Shown here: positions 21,701-28,735 of the stretch, in pieces
How the letters are laid out: the number at the start of each line of letters is the position of its first letter
Numbering within the stretch: position 1 is the first letter of the stretch
Assembly: GCA_963788655.1 (NCBI GenBank)
Contig: CAWBHS010000060.1
Coordinates: 192,001 to 256,000 of the forward strand
DNA: 64,000 nucleotides
Direction of reading: 5' to 3'
Source: an uncultured Verrucomicrobiae bacterium
GTDB lineage: Bacteria; Verrucomicrobiota; Verrucomicrobiia; Limisphaerales; JAFGQR01
Notes under the pieces: generated by a model
The model's input: the letters and a program-made list of their open reading frames with translations, nothing else
Database searches by the model: none
Told to the model about the DNA's origin: nothing
Position numbers and translations under genes: made by a program

Positions 21701-22161
21701 AAAACTTGCAGCGGTGCGTAGAAGTTAGATTGCGGGCTATTAGTCCCGCTGGCCCGAAGCTGGCCCTGGCAATCGAATAACAAGACCGTCGCAGTAACCG
21801 ACCCCGAGCAAGCTCCGACGCATCCCAGTTGCATGCCGACTCCGGAAATGGGCTGATCAAACCATAAGACCAAAGGAACGTTGCGACTGGAAAAGATCTC
21901 GTCATCGGTGGCTTGATTGACCAGAACATTGGGCGCGGAGTGGGCTTGGGCATACGCCACGATCTGTGGGGCCGATTGATAGCTCTGTCCAGGCTGATAA
22001 TCACTGACCACATGGACGCCTTGCTCTTCGAATTCGTGGGTGACCCAGGTGTTCGCAGGCAGGTTATCGAAATAGATCCATACGGGAGCCGCAAACGAAA
22101 GCGATGGAAGACAACCACCCAAAAGGACAATAGCGCGCCAAAACCACGAGATTTTGTTCAT
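15796..22161 (-). CDS. Very large secreted protein with two zinc-metallopeptidase-like modules, Ig/PKD-like domains and Asp-rich calcium-binding repeats
   Basis: Uninterrupted ORF of about 2120 aa with a signal peptide. HELGHNFGLNH (19990-20004 for HELGH), HEVTH (17239-17253) with DFMSYC, DSDRDGMAD/DPDGDG/DSDGDG repeats, and a C-terminal ...ESFDLQVW...RFYRAV module. Confidence 0.8.
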   Translation of the reverse strand: MNKISWFWRAIVLLGGCLPSLSFAAPVWIYFDNLPANTWVTHEFEEQGVHVVSDYQPGQSYQSAPQIVAYAQAHSAPNVLVNQATDDEIFSSRNVPLVLWFDQPISGVGMQLGCVGACSGSVTATVLLFDCQGQLRASGTNSPQSNFYAPLQVLDASGTTRMVVIDYGDTSSPEAIDDLAFQPSGANCVSSSAPSVSITSHANNQVLIQPNILLQGTTMHESGIIREVTVNGNPAALTPVFNASGELFYRFRIPLVLKEGYNSVTARAVGSNGKIASHSINLSIGAPTTVQLVNFHLTQRGIMRTNDVCDVDAPLVAGKFTIVRAQFEARTASNAKSYVDGVLMSLWRRVNGSPVLVDTAWGELYSPQTVNFTSAGDLAGVHFWISADQVDQAGEYAMTFQSYVGVTPIGPPLEVPCANRWFTFAETKPVRLLILPVEGQLFDYNLLAKDHDRVFEQLDRMARLFPMRDGYSSIGSPDKTGIKFTYTMPHHVCDGITQNSFCKGTGFEWRFKDTDPSGLWRPEHESVVDTNITTCKGDSIIGGRITSSNLVNLPAATPFGLFTPGTPAQWEGRRYAWPLDDNHNGTIEDDLPHYVAEFFDLQTGQWLTNLSQYDQGETFRSYVDTNGNYCFDKNSETKLPMQRKWENVGANLLWAPAKKVFKDYNDFVGTDYAKADYVTLWFPNSFHPMNKEFHQFDPGTGLLNSPYSWITPGDYVVLGHELGHNFGLNHANNPPLAWQAYARHQRIDPSKIYSNMRAWTGPPDMAFFRDADYLSIFQKLTNRVGTSTMSPVSASESRTPMLAVDAVLDPEGGLGFLDFGLSMDLEAEAPMPDSPFRLRIGARDSIWLDLGFPIQTPVQETWSSGDSVILASLVTAWPEGAEWFEVVPPVGAPERHYRSAYAPVVELLTPNGGEGFVDSDPIWIEWQADDRDHSALTYSLFYSPDGNQWFPIAVGLTETVYVANASNLPGGMEARIRVVASDGFNESEDESDDVFSVSGKMPIVHISSPAPDSQYLQWDSIPVEGAALDPEGKSVSAAWYLDGDTQSVGSGFSLLLAPLAPGEHWVQLIIHDADGYELAAERSFTVSADSDRDGMADDYEEQEGLDPSLADDALSDPDGDGVTSFDEAWRGLHAGNPDSDGDGVDDGTELQEGSDPLDNTSYPVPPNVQLTAEPATRTPIIDGKLTWGEWDGAATFYFEQGFTAWINDRGRLYLLVNVLTDDQLDMGDACHLLVDWDHNGELTPQVDFRLSLMANAGFLELQRYLGNDEWSAPEPVAFSSVAEGFDCFPADFSMLIQDGRVVECNPHRVVEMAIDLEALDVRSGNPPQLRLAIDSDSPAFHAELPEASMHAIKNWIEIEFQDWPRPVEPIPSGDPNANISFEGQAIEVTQAIQNRQNSLPLVEDKKTVARLYLTVGNSSVPQPAQVFLHASSNGSALAGSPLTQTFTLPLSADRDDLDDTPFFLLPAGWTHGQVVFKGEVRYAGGQNSAMSNPTPVQFIPCSTPRIWTIPINTGSASSPVLPNNNQIGIQEGYLQSIYPVPAVKFTRKSWKVIGATTLNNTKDELNDYMRNVVLGWVFGLLVTGNPPFELPDQLVGFTAGNTDGGDSNPVWINNGKATVVRAAPDAFGGFDERVIAHEVTHNLDRSTNGTWGRHVGNPNPATWSSTGGTPDPNFGCGASGPNLVWPWNNDDIQEFGFDTRPPVDPDTIVDDAIPDFMSYCNSGQAPPAWISTYHWTNLLNHFRQSPSAAFASMTERMQEQITSIYQVTGWVDRDGGGHLNPVRTLPGVPHLPVREGPYSVRLLDEAGEILLEIFFDVVFEDVEGNPLARVAFDFQIPEVEGMASIELMRAGAAIAELSRTPSPPEVFIVAPEPGAYLDEPFLVEWFGDDPDGDEVTYSLFYSPDQGVHWIPVAHGIQGDGLEVDPSILPGSEEALLRLIATDGLNTTISDMEYFFAVPNKPPLPIIREPQTNARFAPGQPIRFEASATDQEEESLPDSAFVWSLGGEAFGVGRAAEAFLPLGDHEVVLTVTDGEMETATATVNFSVQPAVLQLKVVEVTDSGQLLLQVRGNAGQWFVIEESFDLQVWNRIEAGAIQATSTSLLLHSEAGPRHRFYRAVSLY

Positions 22162-22546
22162 AAACACAGAGGTAGAACCCGACGTTTGGACCACAACGCA
22201 GAAATCATGTTAGGTTTCTGAGTTCTGATTGAGTAGATTTATTTGTTCTTACTGTTCGGCGTTTCCATCACTAAAACACGCACAGTTCAGCGCGTCCACC
22301 TCTTTTTGCTTGTCACGCTGCGGACGCCCGCGGTTTAAGCTGACAGAGTTCGAACAAACGCACCTTGCGCCGCGGTAAGGACCAGCGGCGTCTTGAACGA
22401 TGGCATGAAGATCTTTTGCAGAGACGGCCTGGCAGTAACGCGCTTGCAATTCGGCGGTAAGATGGAATTACTGCTGCGTCAGATTCGGGGCATTGGCGCG
22501 ACAGTGCCGGAACGTCTTGCTCAGTCCCAGGTCTAACTTGGCGCAC

Positions 22547-25252
22547 ATGTGCAACGAACATCATGATCCCTCGACCCCGAGGTCGAAATCGGAACCAACG
22601 CAAGCAGCGGTTTCGAAGCGGCGCATCCGGTTGGACCCGAGCCTTCCCTGGGTGTTGTCCCTGAAAGCCGTGGCGGAGAATCAGCGCCTGCTGGTAGGGG
22701 GCAAGGCGGCGAACCTGGCCCGGTTGCTACGCGTCGGACTGCCGGTGCCACCAGGATTCTGTATCACCACCACGGCGTTCAAGAAGTTCCTGACGGCATG
22801 TCGGCAGCATGATGAGTTATATGCGATGCTGACCCAAGTCTCTTCCGGCCAACGCGCCGATACTGCCGCTGTCAGCCAGACGGCGGTGGCGTGGCTCGCG
22901 AATACCAGAATGCCAGCATCGGTACAGGACGCAGTGCTCAACGCTTGGCGTGAACAAGGAGAGGCTCGCTGCTATGCCGTCCGCTCCAGTGCGACCGCCG
23001 AGGACGCGGCTGACCATTCGTTTGCCGGCCAGTTTGCGTCCTTTCTGAACGTCCAGGGAAAGGACGCGCTCTTGGAAGCTGTCAAGTCCTGCTGGTGTTC
23101 GGTCTTCTCCGAGCGGGCCCTGGCCTATCAGGTCCAGCAAGGCTTGCTACTGGAGTCATCGGCAATGGCGGTGATCGTGCAAGCGATGGTTCCGGCAGTG
23201 GCGTCCGGGGTTCTGTTCACCGTGGACCCGGCCACCGGAAGCCCCGGGCGCGTGGTCATCGAAGCGGTGCCGGGCTTGGGGGACCGATTGGTTTCAGGCC
23301 GGGTAAATCCGGAGCGCGTTGTCTTGAAGAAAGCAACGTTGCGCGTCATCGAGCACCACACCCCGGAAGCGCCCGGTTGTCTCGATGAAGCCCAAGCACA
23401 GCGGTTGGGCAAGCTGGCGCAAAAAGCGGAAGACCTTTTCAAGGGACCGCAAGACATCGAATGGGCGGTTGCTGGCGGACGCATTTTCCTGCTGCAAGCC
23501 CGACCGGTCACGAGCAAAGTGCCGGCCCGGACCTGGGCGGATCGGCAAGTGTGGAGCAATCTCAACGCGGGCGAGGTTCTGCCCGACGTGGTGACGCCGC
23601 TAACCTGGTCGTTGATCCAGCGCCTGCTGGCGCCGGTCTTCGGTTCGGTGTTCCGGATGCACGGAGCGAACCCGCGCAACTGTCCAATCATTGGCCGGGT
23701 CGCGGGCCGGATTTACTTCAACGTCAATACGGGCCTGGCGGCGCTGCGACCCTTCGCCTTTCTCGTCATCCGAATCCCCAACGTGCCGCAGGCGTTGGGG
23801 GGCCTGCAAATCCGGTTCTTTGAAAGTGGCAAATTGGACCTTCCCGAAGAAGATCTGCCCGACCTGGGTTTCCGTTGGTACAAATACGTGCTTTCCTGGC
23901 CTCGCATTGTGTACGATTTCGTCAAGCATTCACCGCGGCGAGGTGACGCGTGGACGGCCCGTCTTGGGAACCGGCCCAATCCATTTGCCGCAGTAGATCT
24001 TGATGCGTTGTCCGCGCCGGAATTGGCCGGCCTCGCGGACCATCTGGTGCAAGCCGAATTCAAGGGCTGGGACCTCTTATATCTGTTCACGCAAGCCTTG
24101 GCGCTGCCGGTGTTCCAGAAGGCCTGCCGGGACTGGTTGGACGATCCCGATCTGAGCCTTGGTTATCGTCTGTTCGCGGCTTTGGGAGGTCTGCCGGAAA
24201 CCGAAGCCGGACTGGATCTCTGGCGCCTGGCCGCCCTGGCCCACGCTGACCGGGAAACGGAAGCTACTCTGCTCCGGGAAGACAATTGGGCCGCCGTCCG
24301 GGCAAAACTCGAGCCGACCGGCCCCGGCCAGGAATTCGTAAAGGCGTGGGGGCGGTTCATGGGCGAACACGGTCATCATTGCCGGGGGGAACTTGAATTG
24401 TTCAACGCGCGTTGGTCCGAACGGCCTGCCTACATTTTAGGGTTGGTGCAAGGTTACCTGCGCGGCATCGATCAAACCAATCCATTGGAAAACCAGCGCC
24501 GACTTGCCCTGGAACGTGAGCAACTGACCGCGCAATGTCTCCAGCGGCTCAGGAACCCGATCAAACGCTGGATTTTTGCGCGATCATTGGGCCGGGCACA
24601 AAAATTGGCCGTCAACCGGGAAGTGTGGAAGAACCAGGCGGTGCGCCAATTCGCAGTGCTGCGCCGGATTCTCCTGGCGCTCGGCAGGCGGCTGGAGCGC
24701 GACGGCGTCCTGGAGCATGCGGAAGATGTCTTCTTCCTCGAGGTGGCAGAGATCGGTCCCACGGCGGCCGGTCGTGGCGATTTCGACGCGCCAGCGCTTA
24801 TCCGTCAACGGCGTACCGAGTATGAAACGAATCTGACGTTGACTCCACCGCCGGTCGTAAGGGGCCGGTTTGATGCCAGCACACCAGTCGCAGCGGCCGC
24901 GGACACCCACACCAACGTATTGAGCGGCATCCCGGTGTTTCCCGGCGTCGTCAAAGGACGAGCCCGGGTGATCCTACGAACCGATGACCACGAACAGGTG
25001 CTACCGGGCGAAATCCTTGTCGCGCCGTTCACCGATCCGGCTTGGACGCCCTATTTCCTTCCTGCCGCCGGCGTGGTCGTGGAGCAGGGCGGAATTCTGT
25101 CCCACGGCAGCATTGTCGCCCGGGAATACGGTCTGCCCGCCGTGACCAACGTAACTTCAGCCACGCAGATCATCCGTACCGGCGACCTCGTGCAGGTGGA
25201 TGGAAGTCGAGGTCAAGTGATGGTTTTACAACGGCCTGGCACCGGTGACTGA
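22547..25252 (+). CDS. PEP-synthase/PPDK-like phosphotransferase with rifamycin-phosphotransferase (Rph)-type architecture
   Basis: N-terminal ATP-grasp (VGGKAANL, YAVRSSATAED, SFAGQ, DIEWA, LLQARPVT), a long central domain (WSNLNAGEVLPDVVTPL) and a C-terminal phospho-His swivel domain (TDPAWTP, LSHGSIVAREYGLPAV). The start is uncertain (22493 TTG or 22547 ATG). Confidence 0.85.
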   Translation: MCNEHHDPSTPRSKSEPTQAAVSKRRIRLDPSLPWVLSLKAVAENQRLLVGGKAANLARLLRVGLPVPPGFCITTTAFKKFLTACRQHDELYAMLTQVSSGQRADTAAVSQTAVAWLANTRMPASVQDAVLNAWREQGEARCYAVRSSATAEDAADHSFAGQFASFLNVQGKDALLEAVKSCWCSVFSERALAYQVQQGLLLESSAMAVIVQAMVPAVASGVLFTVDPATGSPGRVVIEAVPGLGDRLVSGRVNPERVVLKKATLRVIEHHTPEAPGCLDEAQAQRLGKLAQKAEDLFKGPQDIEWAVAGGRIFLLQARPVTSKVPARTWADRQVWSNLNAGEVLPDVVTPLTWSLIQRLLAPVFGSVFRMHGANPRNCPIIGRVAGRIYFNVNTGLAALRPFAFLVIRIPNVPQALGGLQIRFFESGKLDLPEEDLPDLGFRWYKYVLSWPRIVYDFVKHSPRRGDAWTARLGNRPNPFAAVDLDALSAPELAGLADHLVQAEFKGWDLLYLFTQALALPVFQKACRDWLDDPDLSLGYRLFAALGGLPETEAGLDLWRLAALAHADRETEATLLREDNWAAVRAKLEPTGPGQEFVKAWGRFMGEHGHHCRGELELFNARWSERPAYILGLVQGYLRGIDQTNPLENQRRLALEREQLTAQCLQRLRNPIKRWIFARSLGRAQKLAVNREVWKNQAVRQFAVLRRILLALGRRLERDGVLEHAEDVFFLEVAEIGPTAAGRGDFDAPALIRQRRTEYETNLTLTPPPVVRGRFDASTPVAAAADTHTNVLSGIPVFPGVVKGRARVILRTDDHEQVLPGEILVAPFTDPAWTPYFLPAAGVVVEQGGILSHGSIVAREYGLPAVTNVTSATQIIRTGDLVQVDGSRGQVMVLQRPGTGD

Positions 25253-25563
25253 GCACACGCCCCCCCGGCTCACCGTCATTGATCGATCTCCGTTTTCCGG
25301 TTTCCCGGTACGACGACCATCGTGCGGGCATCAGATGCATCGGAGCCACTTCCCCATTTCAGCGGCTACAGCCGGTTGGCCACTCAGGCAGCTTGGAACA
25401 ATTTCGCGTTAACGGCGCTTGCGATAAACGTCGTCCGGGGCCCAACGGAATAGGCTTGGTTGTTCGCCGGGTGCCCGAAATCGAATTACTCAGATTGAAT
25501 TGGGATTCCCGCTTGCAATGGCGGGTGCCTTTGGGCGTAATGGGCCTCCGTTGTTTTTGCTTT

Positions 25564-26028
25564 ATGGAACTGGGTGACATTTTAAGCCCTGAAGTGATCA
25601 GCGCCGATATGAAGGCCACCAATCGTTGGGAAGCGATTGATGAGTTGATCGGCGTATTGGTCAATGCTGCGCTGATCAAACCCGAACATCGCGAGGCCAT
25701 CACGGCGGTCGTCAAGAAACGCGAGACCTCGATGAGCACCGGGATTGGTTTCGGCATTGGGATCCCCCACGCCTCGACCGATCTGATCGGCGAGGTGATC
25801 GGGGCGTTCGGGCGCTCGAAGGACGGGATCAATTTCGATGCGCTCGACAACCAGCCGGTCAATCTGGTGATGCTCTTTCTCGTTCCCCAGGGCCAATTCC
25901 AAAAACACTTGCACACCCTCGCCCGGATCGCCAAAACGCTGCACAAAAAAGAATTCCGCCAGGCCCTGGAAGAAGCACCGGACGGGCAAGTGATGTACAA
26001 CTTTATCAAGAGCGAAGCGGGCAAGTGA
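25564..26028 (+). CDS. PTS EIIA component (Fru/Ntr type, PtsN-like)
   Basis: KRETSMSTGIGFGIGIPHA with the phospho-acceptor His, and FDALDNQPVNLV. Confidence 0.92.
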   Translation: MELGDILSPEVISADMKATNRWEAIDELIGVLVNAALIKPEHREAITAVVKKRETSMSTGIGFGIGIPHASTDLIGEVIGAFGRSKDGINFDALDNQPVNLVMLFLVPQGQFQKHLHTLARIAKTLHKKEFRQALEEAPDGQVMYNFIKSEAGK

Positions 26029-26163
26029 CGCGCGCTCGGTGAAAGCGTTGCCTGCCTCCGCGAACTCTTCGGCATCGCAACCGTTCAACGCTTTAACGTT
26101 CCCCCCGCTTGAACCAACACAATCTTCCTTCCCAAAATCTCGAAAGAATTGCACCCTGGCTTG

Positions 26164-27891
26164 ATGTTGCATCAATTGCTCGAAAATGCTTTGCGCACGG
26201 TCGTCAAGGTGGTTTTGCCCGACGCTGATCTGGAACTCGTACAAGTTCGCCCGTGCCCCGATCCCCGCTTTGGCGATTACCAATCCTCGTCCCTGATGGC
26301 TTTGGCCAAGCAGCGCAAGATGAATCCGCGCCAACTGGCCACGGACGTGCAAGCGAAGATCGAAGTGGGGGAATGGTGCGAGAAGGTCGAGATCGCCGGG
26401 GCGGGCTTTTTGAATTTCCACCTTAAACCGGAGGCGGTTGCCCAGACCCTGGCGTCCGCAGCCCAGGGCGAGCATCTGTTCTACGAGCAGACTTCCCAAC
26501 CCCGCACGATCGTCATTGATTTCAGTTCCCCCAATGTAGCCAAACCCATGCACGTCGGACATATCCGCTCCACCATCCTCGGGGATTGTCTGGCGCGGAC
26601 GCTGCGTTTGCTCGGCCACCAGGTCATTACCGACAATCACATTGGCGACTGGGGCACTCAATTCGGCATGTTGCTGGTTGGCTGGAAACGCAACCTGAAC
26701 GCGGAGAGTTTAAAGACCGACCCGATCGCGGAAATGGAGCGTCTTTACAAAAAAGTCAGCGCCGAATGCAAAGCCAATCCCGCCACACTGGAGGCGGCTC
26801 GTCAGGAGTTGGTGAAACTTCAGAGCGGCGACGAAGAAAACCTGCGCATCTGGCAGGAAATGATCCAGCTCTCGGAAACGCAGTTTGCCCGGATTTATGG
26901 ACGGTTAGGGATTCATTTTGATCATACGCTGGGGGAGAGCTTCTACAATCCCCGCCTCGAAGCGGTGGTTAACGAACTCACTGCGCGCGGGATTGCCCGG
27001 GAAAGCGATGGCGCCCAGGTGGTCTTCTACGACGATTTGCCGCAACTCAAATCCCATCCGGCCATTGTCCGCAAGAGCGACGGCGGTTTTAATTACGCCA
27101 CGACGGATTTGGCGACGCTGCAATATCGCCTCCAAACCTGGCATCCCAACGAAATTGTCTATGTGACCGACGGCCGTCAGCAACTGCACTTCAATCAAGT
27201 GTTCACGGCTTTCCACCGGTGGCACCCAGACGTGCAAGTCAAGCTCGCCCATGTCTGGTTTGGTTCGATACTGGGCGAGGAAGGGACGCCCTTTAAAACG
27301 CGCGCGGGTGAAGTGGTAAAGTTGGCTGACCTGCTCGACGAAGCCGAAGAACGCGCTTTAAAGGTGGTGACCGAAAAGAACCCGGATTTGCCGGAAACGA
27401 ATCGCAAAGAAATTGCTCGCGTGGTGGGTATCGGCGCCATCAAATACGCCGATCTGCTGCCCAATCGACAAAGCGACTACGTCTTTAGCTGGGACAAAAT
27501 GCTCGCGTTAAGCGGCAACACGGCCCCCTATTTGCAATACGCTTACACCCGCATCCGCAGCATCTTCCGGAAAGGCAACGTCGAAGGATCTACCACCACT
27601 GCCCAGCAATCCGCCATCCATCTGAATGCCCCCGAGGAGTTAACCCTCGCCAAGCACTTACTAAACTTCGGCCTCGTCTTGCAGGCGGTGGCGGATGAGT
27701 ATCGTCCCAACTTTCTTTGCAACTACCTCTACGAATTGGCCGGCCACTTTGCCCGTTTCTACGAATCCTGCCCCGTCCTCAAAGCCGACGCTGAGACCCG
27801 CGCCACCCGCCTCACCCTCTGCGATCTCACCGGCCAAGTGCTCCAGCAAGGCCTCGCCGTCCTCGGCATCGACGTACTGGATCAGATGTAA
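26164..27891 (+). CDS. argS: Arginine--tRNA ligase
   Basis: FGDYQ, IAGAGFLN, DFSSPNVAKPMHVGHIRST (HIGH motif), NHIGDWGTQFG, GNTAPYLQYAYTRIRSI and C-terminal ...LDQM. Confidence 0.97.
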   Translation: MLHQLLENALRTVVKVVLPDADLELVQVRPCPDPRFGDYQSSSLMALAKQRKMNPRQLATDVQAKIEVGEWCEKVEIAGAGFLNFHLKPEAVAQTLASAAQGEHLFYEQTSQPRTIVIDFSSPNVAKPMHVGHIRSTILGDCLARTLRLLGHQVITDNHIGDWGTQFGMLLVGWKRNLNAESLKTDPIAEMERLYKKVSAECKANPATLEAARQELVKLQSGDEENLRIWQEMIQLSETQFARIYGRLGIHFDHTLGESFYNPRLEAVVNELTARGIARESDGAQVVFYDDLPQLKSHPAIVRKSDGGFNYATTDLATLQYRLQTWHPNEIVYVTDGRQQLHFNQVFTAFHRWHPDVQVKLAHVWFGSILGEEGTPFKTRAGEVVKLADLLDEAEERALKVVTEKNPDLPETNRKEIARVVGIGAIKYADLLPNRQSDYVFSWDKMLALSGNTAPYLQYAYTRIRSIFRKGNVEGSTTTAQQSAIHLNAPEELTLAKHLLNFGLVLQAVADEYRPNFLCNYLYELAGHFARFYESCPVLKADAETRATRLTLCDLTGQVLQQGLAVLGIDVLDQM

Positions 27892-27955
27892 GGGGAGCAG
27901 CGCAATCCTTTGCTGAATCCTTGCCGGGGGTGAGGAATGGCGGCAACCTGACGCA

Positions 27956-28612
27956 GTGAATGCCCATCCAATACTTGCGGTGATATTCGATATGGACGGG
28001 GTGCTGACGGATTCAGAGCCCTTGATCAATCAAGCCGCCATGAAAATGTTTCGCGAACGAGGACTGGTCGTTCAGCCGGAAGATTTTCTCCCATTTGTCG
28101 GCACCGGTGAGAATCGTTACATCGGAGGTGTGGCTGAGAAGTACCGTTTCCCGCTCGATATTGCGGCGGCCAAGAAACGCACTTACGAGATTTATCTCGA
28201 CCTGGTGCCGGCGCGGCTGGAAGCCTTTCCGGGAGCCCAAGCCTTGGTGCATACTTGTCGTCAAGCCGGTCTTCGAACTGCGGTCGCTTCGAGTGCCGAC
28301 CGGATCAAGATCGAAGCCAATCTTCACAAAATCAATCTACCGCCCGGCGAATGGGACGCGATCGTGACCGCGGAAGACGTGACTCACAAGAAGCCTGATC
28401 CGGCAATCTTTCTGGCTGCCGCGCACAAACTCGCCGTTCCGCCGCAAAGCTGTGTGGTGATTGAAGATGCCATCAACGGGGTGCAAGCCGCCAAAGCCGC
28501 CGGCATGCGTTGTGTGGCCGTAGCGCAAACGTTTCCGCCGGACCAACTCAAGGAAGCCGACTTGGTGCGCGAGACAATTGCCGCCGTTTCGCTCGCTGAC
28601 ATACGGAGTTGA
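27956..28612 (+). CDS. HAD-superfamily phosphatase (beta-PGM/CbbY-like)
   Basis: IFDMDGVLTDSE, VASS, KPDPAIF and VIEDAINGVQAAKAAGM motifs. Confidence 0.93.
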   Translation: MNAHPILAVIFDMDGVLTDSEPLINQAAMKMFRERGLVVQPEDFLPFVGTGENRYIGGVAEKYRFPLDIAAAKKRTYEIYLDLVPARLEAFPGAQALVHTCRQAGLRTAVASSADRIKIEANLHKINLPPGEWDAIVTAEDVTHKKPDPAIFLAAAHKLAVPPQSCVVIEDAINGVQAAKAAGMRCVAVAQTFPPDQLKEADLVRETIAAVSLADIRS

Positions 28613-28615
28613 ACC

Positions 28616-28714
28616 GTAGGACCGGCGTCCCGCCCGTCCCGAACTACCCAGATCCCGGCCAATCGCTATGGAACGGGTCTTGGCCAAACGGGACAGCCGG
28701 GACGGCTGTCCTAC
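28616..28714. repeat. GTAG-type REP doublet (REPIN-like)
   Basis: GTAGGACCGGCGTCCCGCCCGTCCCG (28616-28641) and the inverted copy CGGGACAGCCGGGACGGCTGTCCTAC (28689-28714), between convergent genes. Confidence 0.85.
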
Positions 28715-28735
28715 CAAGCAACTCACGGTGTCCGC

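Noticed and set aside
22547..25252. Calling the gene ppsA or rph
   Set aside because: The domain order excludes canonical PpsA, and rifamycin specificity cannot be shown from the sequence by eye.
25279..25563. 95-aa N-terminal extension of PTS IIA
   Set aside because: The extension looks non-coding, and the EIIA domain starts at ATG 25564.
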